Below the pieces are notes generated by a model that saw only the letters and a program-made list of their open reading frames with translations, had not been told where the DNA came from and did not search any database. Position numbers and translations under genes: made by a program. DNA of 64,000 bases from Selaginella moellendorffii (Eukaryota; Plantae; Lycopodiophyta): the NCBI RefSeq assembly GCF_000143415.4, contig NW_003314342.1, forward strand, positions 720,173 through 784,172. Reading direction: 5' to 3'. Positions 27,424-43,315 of this stretch are shown here, in pieces; the first letter of the stretch is position 1; the number at the start of each line of letters is the position of its first letter.

Positions 27424-30400
27424 TCTCTTGTAGATAGGCCGGGATCTGGAGGAACGTCAGGAGGAGGCATCGGCAGATCTGTAGACGGTATTAACTGCTT
27501 CTGATCCCTTTGTATGAAGCGTTTTAACCGCTGTACTGCACAATCTCCGGAGGATCGGCCTGCTGAACGTCATGCCGAACCTCATAAACTTGTTCCAACT
27601 TGCCGCAACACCCGATATGGTCCTTTCCACTGCGCAAGAAGCCCCTTAGATAAACCACGTACCGTAAGATGGGGAAAACGGACTAACACCAAATCATCCA
27701 CTTTGTACTCCGCAGGTGGATGATGATGGGAATTGTAGCGCCGTTGTTGTCCCACCTGTATGCGGCCTAAGTGTTCAGCAGACTCTGCTCGGACAAGTGG
27801 AAGAATGCTTGTCAAATATTGATCCCATGACCTAGCATCAGAAGCTCGTGGCAATCGCGAAGGTAAACCCAGCTCTATTGGTAATATTGGATCATGACCA
27901 TATAGAAGTTTATATGGTGAAGCACCAACAGAACTCTGCACCCCTGTGACATAGGCATACCGAAGAGACGGCAAATAACCATCCCAATCCGAATGCTGAA
28001 AGTTCATATACTTCGCAATCATCCCTTTGAATGTCCGAACGAGCCGTTCCACCAGACTGTCTGATTGTGGATGATAAGCACTCGTAAAAGTGTGGCGTAT
28101 CCCCAACCGAGATGTCAAAACATGAAATACCTCAGCCATAAATGCAGGACCATTATCCGAAAGAATCCGCTCTGGACAAGAATGCTGGAACACCACTCGA
28201 TTGAGGAGGAAGTATCCAACAGCAATTGCAGAGGCACTAGCAAGAGCACCAACTTCCACCCAACGAGTCAAGTAGTCAGAAGCAATAATAACATACTCAT
28301 TGCCAGCAGTCGATCATGGAAAAGGTCCCATAAGATCAAATGCTACCAACTCAAACGGACGGGAAACTGCAATTGACTCCAACCGTCCTTCCACAGCACA
28401 AGGGGGAGTATTACGAACTTGGCACCAAATGCAGCTATGCACATACCGGATAATATCACGTCGCATCTCTGGCCAATAGAAAGACCTGCGCAGTTTCTCG
28501 GTGATACGACGGTGTCCCATATGCCCACCTAGAACAGGAGAATCATGGTAGACATGGAGAAACCGCGGAATAAACACTGAAGGCACCACCAGCCATAAAT
28601 GATCATCAGGATCTGTCCCCACAAAATAAAGAAGGCCATCTTCAAGGCGATATTGAGAATGTAAATGCCGGAAAGGCAAGTCATCAGCAAGTGATGCAGG
28701 ATTCTCAAACCCATCTCGAAGCCTTTGAATCCACGGCTCAATTTTTTGAGCCTCACAAACCTCATCAAGAGAAGGTAGATCTTGCTCTGCGCCCTGTGGA
28801 CACTGAACGTCAAGGACAGCAACCGCTGACGGCATAGAATCCTCATCTAGAAAATCCACAGATGTTGGAACAACAGGTTCATCAGAAACATGAGAAGTGA
28901 GTGGAGAAGGAAGAGGAGCTCGAGAAAAGGCATCAGCATCAGCCATAGAACTCCCTGGGCGATGAACAACATCGAAATCATATATCTGAAGCTTCAAAGC
29001 CCATCGAGCCGTACGACCAACCAGGTTCTTCCACTTCAATAATGAAGTAACAGCAGCATGGTCACCTTCAAGTAACGTCCGAGAACCATGTAGATATGCA
29101 TGAAGTTTCTCGAAACCCCAGACTGCTGCTAAACACTCCTTCTCTGTCGTAGAGTAGTTCATCTCTGCTGGTTGTAATGTACGGCTTATGTATGCAATGG
29201 GATGGCACTGACCAGGCACACTCAAGCTCTCTTGCATCAACACACCTCCAAGACCAATGTTAGAAGCATTCACGCGCAAAATAAAAGGTCGAGTGTAGTC
29301 AGGATATGCCAAAACCGGAGGAGTCGTCAATAGCTCTTTGAGATTCACGAACGCCTGCTCACAATCCGGAGACCAGATGAAAGATGACGTTGATGACTTC
29401 AACAATGCTCGCAATGGTGTAGTGCGATCGGAAAGATGATCCACAAAACGATTGAGATACTGCACGTTACCCAAAAAACGCTGCACATCATTCACACACT
29501 TCGAAGTAGGGAACTTTAGAACAGCCACAAGTTTGTCAGGATCAACTTGCAAACCCTCACGAGAAATACGGTACCCAAGATAAGTTGTGTCCTTGGACCC
29601 AAACACGCACTTTGACCGCTTCAATTTTAAACCAACGTCGCGTAGCCGATCCAACACTTTACAAACATCACAAACGTGCTCCTCCCACGTCCCCTCCGAG
29701 TGGATCAAGACATCATCAATGAAGTCAGCCGTCACCTCCGGCATATCGCAAAGAACCTCGTCCATCATCCGCTGAAAAGTTACTGGAGCATTGTTCAAAC
29801 CAAACGGCATCACCAAGAACTCATACAAACCAAATGGTGTACGAAAAGCAGTCTTAGGAATATCTTCTTCGGCCATCGGTACTTGCCAATACCCAGAAGC
29901 AAGATCTAGCTTGGTGAACCAACGACTTCGCCCCAGACGATCCAAGAGATCAGCAGTGTGAGGAAGAGGGTACACGTCCGGGATCGTCACTTCATTTAAC
30001 GGACGATAGTCGATACAGAAATGAATACTCCCATCAGGCTTCGTCACAAGATGAGGTTCACATGCCCAAGGACTCCGCGACTTTCAAATAACACCCTTCT
30101 CCAACATCTCCTTGACGTTTGCATGTAAAATCTTGATCTCCTTGGGTGACCGACAACGAACAGGAACCTTGATTGGACAAGCATCCCCGGTTGGAATGGG
30201 ATGACGTGTGGCAATCTTGGCCCCAGATGATAGGTCAAATTCAAAGAGATCAGAATACTCCTTCATGAGCTGGTCAACAGCTGCAACACAAAAATCATCG
30301 GAGGGATCGGAAAAGGGAAGAGCAGAACAAGATGGAAACACAAGAGGAAATAGTGGGGGAACAAAAGTAATGGAAGCAGAGGTAAAAGTAGAGGGACGAA

Positions 30401-30902
30401 GAGGTACGGAAGTGAGAGGAATGAATGAAACATAAGGAAGTATGAGACAAAGGGGAGAAGCCTCAAAGTCACACTTGGCATGATTGTGCTGCAACCAATC
30501 CATACCAAGAATGAGGTCAAAAGCTTGACTCAGCACCACCCGCAACGACTGCAACTCAAGCTCGAGATCGCCCACGCGCACAACCAGGTCCGCCTCATCT
30601 CGTGCACATGCATGTGTACGGCCGTTGTCATAAAGAATGAAAACTGGATCCACCGCACGACGCAAGTGCAGACAACAACGTGTGGCAACAGGTCGAGCAA
30701 TAGAAGATAAACTCGAACCTGTATCAACCAACACGGAGAGAAGAATAGGAGACCTCTTGTTAAAAAAACGAGCTTGGAAAGTAAACACTGGATGAACCGG
30801 TGCCGAGTGAACCCCTTGATGATACTCCCGAAAGAAAGATGGAGGGGTCACTAACTTATTCGCACAAGGTCCCTCCATTACTCATGCGACTCCTTGTTTC
30901 CC
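27424..30902 (-). pseudogene. pol: Gypsy pol (protease, RT, RNase H, integrase with GPY/F) interrupted by stops and a late frameshift
   Basis: LVDTGSS; FCIDYRPLN, KLDLASGYWQ, MPFGLNNAP, FIDD; NYSTTEKE; H..H..CIWC, FDLMGPF, SDNG, WKGPY. In-frame TGA at 30882, 30084 and 28314; 2-bp deletion near 27592. Confidence 0.9.
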
Positions 30903-31768
30903 GAATGCACCTCGGTATCCAAACTTTCCACCGCAGCAGCACCAACGGGACGTTGCTGATGCCAAGGTCTCCACCTAGGAAATGGAGGTCGCCAATCCGG
31001 AAAGCACCGACAATGCCGATAAGTATGACCAACTTCATCACACGCCCAGCAACGAACATCACGGCTACGACCACGTCCTCGCCCTTGTCCTTGGACTCGA
31101 GTAGCAGCAACATCAACCTCCATGGGAACAGGACCATCACTCATAGGAAGTGGAGCTGAAGGACGTGTAGCAAGAAGTGGAAGAGGCGACGTCTCATAAC
31201 GTTGTGCCAAGCGAAGAGCATCGTCAAGAGTGGCAGGAGCAAGTGCATGCACAAGTCCGACAAGATCTTGACGAAGTGCTGGCCACAACATTCCTAGCTT
31301 GATCCGCTCCGACATATTTAGCTCCGCACGAAGCAAAAGACTTCGGAAACAAACACAAAATTGCATCACCGACTCAGATGGCCCTTGTTGAAGACGATGC
31401 AATTGTTGGAAGGCATCATCACAATCGTCGGCATGTCCGAAGGCACGTTTGAAGACGTCCGGAAGAACACTCCAATCGCCACGAGTGACTGCGCTCAATC
31501 CATTGTACCACTGCAGTGCCGTCCCTTGGAGACATGTGGGGAACTCACGCAAACGTCGAGCATCATCCCAAGAATGATATGTGGCAATCACCATGAAGTG
31601 ATCGAACCAATGGTACACATCATCCCCAGGATTCCCACGAAAGAACTCCGGCCGAATGCGAGGATTGGCACCAAGAGCAGGAGGAGTTGTACCATGTGCT
31701 GTGAACGCCACCATCAACTGAGTTTGGTTGTTCAATTGCAAGCGCATAACATCAAGCAATTGAACCAA
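30878..31768 (-). CDS. gag: Gypsy Gag with CCHC zinc knuckle
   Basis: 296-aa ORF with L.G.A..WY, LQQGPSESV..F, PVPMEVD and CWACDEVGHTYRHC. Confidence 0.88.
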   Translation of the reverse strand: MVQLLDVMRLQLNNQTQLMVAFTAHGTTPPALGANPRIRPEFFRGNPGDDVYHWFDHFMVIATYHSWDDARRLREFPTCLQGTALQWYNGLSAVTRGDWSVLPDVFKRAFGHADDCDDAFQQLHRLQQGPSESVMQFCVCFRSLLLRAELNMSERIKLGMLWPALRQDLVGLVHALAPATLDDALRLAQRYETSPLPLLATRPSAPLPMSDGPVPMEVDVAATRVQGQGRGRGRSRDVRCWACDEVGHTYRHCRCFPDWRPPFPRWRPWHQQRPVGAAAVESLDTEVHSGNKESHE

Positions 31769-33986
31769 CTGCTACTCTAGAGTCAAAGGAGGAGATTGCG
31801 GATCGGCCATGAAGATGAATGAAAAAGAAAGAGCAAAAGAAGAGAAATGACAAAAAGCTGGAAAGGAATGGTAGATCTAGACAATGCAAAAAGCTAGATC
31901 TAAACCAAAATCCTGAAAGGAAAGAACAAAAGAAAGGAAATGGAAAAAACTAGATTTAGACAATGCAAAAGCTAAATTTAAATCAAAATCCCAAATCCAA
32001 ACACTCCCCAGAGACAATCAAAGGTGCCTCTCCACTCCACCAATGTGAGTGCATGGAATATGGAAAGGGAATACAAAAATGTGCATATCAATTAGCCCAA
32101 AAACATTATTTTATATACAGGAGCGACTGGTTCGGATTGAAACCAATTCGACGGCTACTAAAATCCCATTACGCTAATATTAGTATACGGCATCATAGCC
32201 GTACACTTGGCCCTGACAATTTTTTTCTTTTATAAATTTAAAATATTTAATTAAAATATTAAGGTATTATTATTATATATTTTACAAAAATAGAAAAATA
32301 ACCTCAAAGATATGATATAAGTATAATATATATAATCTATATAAGCTGGAAAGTTAAATGAGCTCTTTAAAATATCACTAGTAGGAACTTAATAAATAAA
32401 AAATATTTATGTAAAATAACTTTTATAATTTTTAATAAATAGGTATGAATTGCTTATGCAACCAGTTTAAACAGCTAAAAACCTTTAAAACAATGATGAT
32501 AATCATAAAGTGGTTAGTACACTAAGTTAAAGTATTGCAATTAATTAAACACTAGGTTAGAGCATCATAATATGTTGAGATATACTAGAGGCAGTAAATT
32601 GTAGTAAATTTAAATAAAGATACTTCCCACTTTTGATTTCTTATAAAGTTAAAGTTTTAAAAGAAAATTAAAAAAACATTATATGAAGTTTACATAAAAA
32701 TTAGCATATGTATTAATACTAAAAAAATCACTTATATTTAAGAAAAATAATAAAAGTATTAGAATGAGATTTTAGAAAAATATTTAATTTTTTTAATTTT
32801 ATATGGGTTGTAAGATAAACCTAGAATATGGTTGGATATTCTGGGATATTTTACCATCTAATAGTTAATATTTATTTAAATTAATCTTTTACTTATAAAC
32901 ATATTTATAATTTATAAACACTTCCTAGTATATTCTACTTTATTCTACCATTGAAAGTTGTAATAAAATTAGAATGAAATTTATGTAAGTAACTATCTTA
33001 ATTAATAGTGTTTAAATTTATAAATAAGTTAATTATTGATTATATTATCATTAAAAATTAATAAATAAACAAGCAAGTTGCTTGTATGTAAATCTACTTG
33101 TACCTGAATAGCTTAAGGTACACAAGCTTTCATTCATTTTTGGTTTGAAAGTTCTAGAGGTTTTGTAACTTTCCTACAGCAAGCTATAATACAAGCTCCA
33201 AATAAGAAACTTTTACTTGAGGATTCTTTACATCCGGATCTGGTCTGCATCATGGAAAGCCATCAATTTACTCTGGAACTTCCCTCACACCTGTGCTGCT
33301 CAAATCCAGGCATCTGAGTTGGAGCCATCAAGTCGGCTCTTGGTACCAAAGACTATTCAACACTAGCTCTGGGGAGTTATGGATATTGCCACGCTTAAGT
33401 AAGCTTACTTCCATGTTAAAATCTCAATGTTTCATCTACACAAACCCCTAGGTGTTTGGCCCGCATCCAAGAGCATAACGAGCGGACAAAGGAAGAATCA
33501 AGTAGCAAATTAGTGACGGCTCCATCATAGTGAAAAGCCATTGAAGCAAAGGATTCTTTGCCCAAGGTGGGGATGAAGAGGACTAACTTAGTATATAAGA
33601 TCAGGCGTTGGCATAGAGTTCTCGTCTCTCTCATTGAGTTACAGATCAACCCCAAGCACAAGCCATCGAACAGTGCTGGGATCTTATGTTTTGTTGCTAC
33701 AATTTGACAGGAAATTCTCAAGCATGGTGTTGTACCGTGGACTAGAAATGCTCAGAGCAAACCCCAATGCAGTGAATTTGATCAATCGAAAGCTCTTTTA
33801 TCCAACACCTCGATAAGATCCACTTTGGGGAGCTAAACGAATGTTTTGTAGAAAGTTTGGGTACTGCATTATTATGCCGAAAGAGGGCATCTTGGAAATG
33901 AAAGGGATTGAAGCTTGACGCATTGTTTTGCCGCCAAATCTTGTGACCTGGAACATTCTTATCATGTCGTCTGCCATCTCTTCAAC

Positions 33987-36787
<2,801 letters not shown>

Positions 36788-37722
36788 CGCTCCAGGGAAA
36801 TCTTCTCCCCATGCGGCTCCATTTTAAAGGCTAAAGCGCGGGCGGAAGCTCCAACCACGGGCAAAGGCCACTCCGCCAGCCGATCAATAAGTCTCGTCCA
36901 TTTCTATCGGATCACGCATCATATCACCAAAATCCAAAGAAAGAACCTCGCACGCATCATTCCCGCCAAATGCAGGCAACTTAAAACACTAAACCCCAGC
37001 TAGGGCTTTGTTTTACCGCATTAAAACAAAGACTAGACTTACAAGGAGTGTTAAATCACTCGCTCTCTCTCTCGTGTCTAGCTAGCTTCTATGACGCCTT
37101 TGCTGTGAAGGGGCCGCAACGCTAGCCTTCTTATAATGCAACGTTTTTTGATGAGCAGCTTGATTAGGATGTACCCACTGTCCATAAGAAGAATTAGCAG
37201 CTGCGGTTCCACCACCACCACCACCACCACCACCACCGCCACTACCAGCGACACTACTAGCAGAAGGCGGTGGCGGAGGCCCTGGCGGTAGAGGTGGCCG
37301 CAAGACTGGAAATCCTCCGCCTGGATTCGACGAGCTATCCTCGACGATGGCTTACAAGAGCAGGGATTAAGCTTCTTTGCGAGTGGAAGCCGAGTCTCTC
37401 TAGCAGTGAAAGCGGATCTTGTGATTGATCCACGAAAATCCAGCAAAGAGAAAAGGTCGAGAACTTACACGATGGCAAATGGTGGAGAGAAATCCCAGTG
37501 GAAGCCAACGCCTCCTGTGTGCTGCATGAAAGCTGCCATGTATCGCCATCGATCGAGGAGACTGGACCCTTGAATCCTCTGGTTCACCCAGCGATGCCCA
37601 CATTCCATCCCATCCACTGTCATCCTCGATCAGGGCTGGATCCTGCAAGCCCTGGCGCGGTGGTGCGCCAGAGATCCCCGAGACATTGATAGCATAGCTT
37701 AAACCCTGGATGGAAGCTTTAC

Positions 37723-39367
37723 ATGGTTGCCAAGAACATCTTTCGCCGGGATGATCACTTGGAATCATACGCTTGTCTCGTCAGGTGCTGTGGTAACGCG
37801 AAAGATCTGAGCGATGCTCGCAAGATCCACGCTTTGATCGAAGGAACCCATTACAAGAACAACGTCTACATTGCGAATCTCCTCGTCCAAATGTATGGCA
37901 AATGCGGGAGCTCTGGCGATGCACGCAGCGTGTTTGATTCCATTCTCACCGCCAACTCCTTTTCGTGGACAATCCTGCTCCAAGCCCACATTCACAACCA
38001 GCAGCTCCACGAGGCCAAGCGCGTTTTCGATTCCATGCCCGGGAAGAATGTAGTGACTTGGAATGCGCTTCTTTCGGCAAATGCCAACAGCGGGCAAGTT
38101 CATGAAGCGAGGCTTGTTTTCGATCGAATTCCAGAGTGGGACGTTTTTTCGTATGAATGCTATTGTCACTGGGTTTGCGAAAGCTGGAATGATCAGCCAG
38201 GCTAGAAACAAATTCGAAAACATGCCTGAGAGAGACTCTGTGTCGTGGAATGTGATTATTTCGGCATATGCTCAAGCTGGAGATTTTCTTGAAGCAAAGA
38301 AGCTGTTTGATAGAATGGAACGAGATCATGATTCTCACAAAAGACTGAGCAATCCAGTCCCATGGAACTCTATGATCGTTGCGCATGCTCAGTGCGGAGA
38401 TCTTGATGGAGCACGAAAGTTCTTTGCGAGGATGGCGCAGAGAGATTGCGTGTCGTGGGCAACACTTATCAACTCTTTTGCGCAGCATGGCTGCACTAAT
38501 CTAGCAAGAGACACATATGAGAGAATGCCACAGCACGATGTTATAGCGTGGACTGGAATGCTCCGAGCAAACTCCCAGTGCGGTGAAATCGATCAAGTAC
38601 ACAATTTCTTTGATTCAATGCCTCAAAGAAACCTTGTGTCGTGGACACTTTTCCTAGCAGCACTTTGAAATCAAGATAATCTTGCAAAAGATAGAAGAGT
38701 GTTTGATCTGATGCCCCAGAGAGACAGCGTTCCTTGGAATGTTATGATCACTGCATATGCCCAACGAGGGCATGTAAACGAAGCAAAGTACTTTTTTGAC
38801 AGTGTAGAAGTTCCAAACGTTATCACGTGGAATTGCATGATCGGAGCGTATGGGCAAAATGGACACTTAGACGATGCTTGGGCATTGTTTAAACGCTGTT
38901 TACAGCCAAACATAGTGACCTGGAACGTTCTTATCGTGTCGTTTGCCCAGAATCTACATTGTGCTGAGTCCATTCATCTCTTTGACGTCTTGAATCTGGA
39001 AGGATTCAAGCCAGACGAGCTGAGTTTCATGGGCCTTTTGATTGCTTGCTGCCACCTTGGGCTGGTAATTGCTGCTAGAGATACCTTGGCTTCAATGGTT
39101 TTTGACTACGATATAAGCCCTGAGCGAGATCACTACTGCTGCTTGATCGGTGTTCTTGCGGGAGCTGGGCTCTTGGATGATGCTGAGGATCTCATCAACA
39201 CAATGCCATTTCTTCCAGATGTTTCCAACTGGGGATGCTTCGTGAGTGCCTGTAAGATCCACTCTGTTGGAGTGGATAGGAGTGTTGGTGCTGCTTGCAA
39301 TGCCATCGCGATGGATCCTAAAAACTCAGCGCCATACAACAATTTTTACTGATGAGTGGTTAAACTA
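37723..39367 (+). pseudogene. PLS-PPR pseudogene (unit 4)
   Basis: Frameshift near 38147, shared TGA at 38666-38668 and shared 3' 10-bp deletion. Confidence 0.92.
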
Positions 39368-42300
39368 GCATTTTGGTATATTTAAATTTTTTGTGAAGCT
39401 TTTTTCAATCTAACTCTCTCGAAAGTTGTTATACCAGAATATTTTACTGCTCCTGTAGTGTTGGAGCTCTGTTTCAAGGAATTCTTTACCTGCTCCAAAT
39501 ACTTCAAAACCACTTCTAAAACGAGCTCTTTTATAGTTAATTAAATCATTAATAATTAATTAATTATATTTAGGGTTTAAGGTCTATTCAAGAGCACAAC
39601 ATGGAGAAGAAATGAAGTGTTATATTGCCCAAATAGATTCTATATGATTTTGAAATTGTGTATTCGAATAGTAGAATTTCAAGTCTGCAGCAAATGGATA
39701 TTGCTAGTCCACACAACAAGTGCAAACTAAACCAGTTAGGAAGCGATAGTGGTGGATAGTGTGGTAGTACCAGCTGCTGTCTTCCAAGTCATAAACCATC
39801 TTCGTTGTGCAGCTGATTCATGCAGAAGTAGCATGCACCTGTGGAGATGAAGAACCTATCACCACCCGGCTGTTGGACACTATGGCAGTACATTGGATGT
39901 GAATCAAGCTCCTACCACTCTGATCCTGGTCCTCGTCCCAAACCAAGAGTTTGATTATGTCATCTTTATAATCCTATACAACCTGCCCTTGTACCAGCGG
40001 AAGCAAACCAACATCTGGAGTACTGTTGGAATTGGAATGGCTTTGCACAAATTGAGCCTTACATTGTATCTTTTCTGCATCATATACATCTTTCCAAGCT
40101 CTGAAATCGTGACAAGCTGGGGGTCATGGTCCTTGTTAGGAAGTGGTTGCCATGAATTTGTGAGGGAGAAGTAGACCTTGTGCTTGCAAACCACATATAG
40201 AGTTAATCCATAATAAGTTCCATTGAGTGGGAGGATCCTTGAGCTAAAATAAGACGTGAGACAAGTGATCCATATGGCTTGTTCTCCGTCGCAAAGACTC
40301 CAAGCAAGGACGTGATCCTCTTCACCTCAAGTATATAATAAAGAAAAAATTAGGTTCATACTTTTAGTTACTACGAAAGCATGACAAACCCATCTTTAGC
40401 TGTGTGGCATGCTAAAGCAAGAGTTAAGACCCAACTATTCTGGGCACTTAAATACCTGTGTATGCACGAACATCTCTATAGGAGACTGTTTTCAACTTGA
40501 AGGATGAGAACACCCCCTATACTGTGAACCAGAAAAAAATCTCTTTCTTTGTTCACAACCTTGTGACCTTTTCCTTGAGACCACCATGCTCGTCCCATTG
40601 TCCTATGAGCACTACCATATACTCTAGACCATCATATCCATGAGTTGCAAGGCCATGCCAAGGATATTTCTTTGCTCATCACCTAGTGAATAACAACAGC
40701 AGTAATTTCTGTACCTCTTGTAGAATTTCTGCTATGTTGAATTATAACTTACTTTATAAACTAATACAGAAAAGCTGATATAGATGGCAAATAGCCCTAA
40801 ATAGCCTTTAGGGCTGATCCTTTACAAACGAGACTTTTGAAAGCAAATTGAAACTTTAGCTTTATAACCATCTTGTGTTATTTGAGATATAAGTCATTTT
40901 TAGACTGTGCTTTCAATGTGAGAGTCAACACTTTCTTTCTAACTATTGAATTTTTTTTTTAGAATTCAAACGTACTAGATTACCTAACAAAATACTCAAA
41001 GCTCTCAAAGCATAGGCAAACTTATTATTGAGCATTTAGCTGGCAGATATTTGATACAAAATTAAAAGAAGAGCATAATTATTTCATTGGTTATATGATT
41101 TACTTAGTTGTAAATTGATTTTTCATTACTTTAAAGAAAAAGGACTTTTAGGATTGTGGTAGTAATGAAAGTATATTTCTCTGAACAACTAATTTTGAGG
41201 ATTGTATTTATTAGTTATGATAAAAATGAGAGACTAATAAGGACAAAAAAGCTTTTAGTTTCCTACACCACCTTAACTAATTAATTAACTTTTGATCCTG
41301 TTTAGTATATATAGTACAGTTTTAGTATATAGTTCGCCCATATATATATATATATATAGTACTGTTTAGTAAACAATATTTAGTCTTTTAATTAAAAAGG
41401 AAGAAAAATAAACTCTAACTTTATAATGTCTATATTTGATGGTCACATAACTCAATTTTATTTTTCATTTGAATACCTTAAAAAGCCCATATAAATGAAT
41501 TTCATCATAGTTTTATTCTAGAACTGGATATATATAGTAATCTTGAAAATTACAATAAATCACATATTTTCAAGGTCATTAGTGTATATGTAAAATTCAT
41601 AACTCTAGTTAATTATTAAATTTCTTTCTTTTATAAATTTAAATATTTAATTAAAATATTAAGGTATTATTATTATATATTTTACAAAAATAGAAAAATA
41701 ACCTCAAAGATATGATATAAGTATAATATATATAATCTATATAAACTGGAAAGTTAAATGAGCTCTTTAAAATATCACTAGTAGGAACTTAATAAATAAA
41801 AAATATTTTATGTAAAATAACTTTTATAATTTTTAATAAATAAGTAAGAATTGCTTATGCAACCAGTTTGAACAGCTAAAAACCTTTAAAACAATGATGA
41901 TAATCATAAATTGGTTAGTACACTAAGTTAAAGTATTGCAATTAATTAAAACACTAGGTTAGAGCATCATAATATGTTGAAATATACTAGAGGTAGTAAA
42001 TTGTAGTAAATTTAAATAAATATACTTCCCACTTTTGATTTCTTATAAAGTTAAAGTTTTAAAAGAAAATTAAAAAATATTATATGAAGTTTACATAAAA
42101 ATTAGCATATGTATTAATACTAAAAAAATCACTTATATTTAAGAAAAATAATAAAATGATTAGAATGATATTTTAGAAAAATATTTAATTTTTTAATTTT
42201 ATATGTGTTGTAAGATAAACCTAGAATATGGTTGGATATTCTGGGATATTTTACCATCTAACAGTTAATATTTAATTAAATTAATCTTTTACTTATAAAC

Positions 42301-43315
42301 ATATTTATAATTTATAAACACTTCCTAGTATATTCTACTTTATTCTACCATTGAAAGTTGTAATAAAATTAGAATTAAATATATGTAAGTAACTATCTTA
42401 ATTAATAGTGTTTAAATTTATAAATAAGTCAATTATTGATTATATTATCATTAAAAATTAATAAATAAAGCTTGTATGTAAATCTACTTGTACCTGAATA
42501 GCTTAAGAGGTTTTGTAACTTTCCTACAGCAAGCTATAATACAAGCTCCAAATAAGAAACTTTTACTTGAGGATTCTTTACATCCGGATCTGGTCTGCAT
42601 CATGGAAAGCCATCAATTTACTCTGGAACTTCCCTCACACCTGTGCTGCTCAAATCCAGGCATCCGAGTTGGAGCCATCAAGTCGGCTCTTGGTACCAAA
42701 GATTATTCAACACTAGCTCTGGGGAGTTATGGATATTGGCACGCTTAAGTAAGCTTACTTCCATGTTAAAATCTCAATGTTTCATCTACACAAACCTCTA
42801 GGTGTTTGGCCCGCATCCAAGAGCATAACGAGCGGACAAAGGAAGAATCAAGTAGCAAATTAGTGACGGCTCCATCATAGTGAAAAGCCATTGAAGCAAA
42901 GGATTCTTTGCCCAAGGTGGGGATGAAGAGGACTAACTTAGTATATAAGATCAGGCGTTGGCATAGAGTTCTCGTCTCTCTCATTGAGTTATCAACCCCA
43001 AGCACAAGCCATCGAACAGTGCTGGGATCTTATGTTTTGTTGCTACAATTTGACAGGAAATTCTCAAGCATGGTGTTGTACCGTGGACTAGAAATGCTCA
43101 GAGCAAACCCCAGTGCAGTGAATTTGATCAATCGAAAGCTCTTTTATTCAACACCTCGATAAGATCCACTTTGAGACCAGGTGGAGTTATACGAGTGTTT
43201 TGTAGAAAGTTTAGGTACTGCGTTATTATGCCGAAAGAGGGCATCTTGGAAATGAAAGGGATTGAAACTTGACGCATTGTTTTGCCGCCAAATCTTGTGA
43301 CCTGGAACATTCTTA

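Larger units (their letters stand above)
27210..32218 (-). mobile_element. Full-length Ty3/Gypsy LTR retrotransposon (5009 bp, no chromodomain), pol inactivated
   Basis: 175-bp TG..CA LTRs at 27210-27384 and 32044-32218; PBS TGGTGGAG next to the 5' LTR; PPT GAGAGGAGGGGATGA; ATTT duplicated at 27206-27209 and 32219-32222. Domain order gag-PR-RT-RH-IN. Confidence 0.96.
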
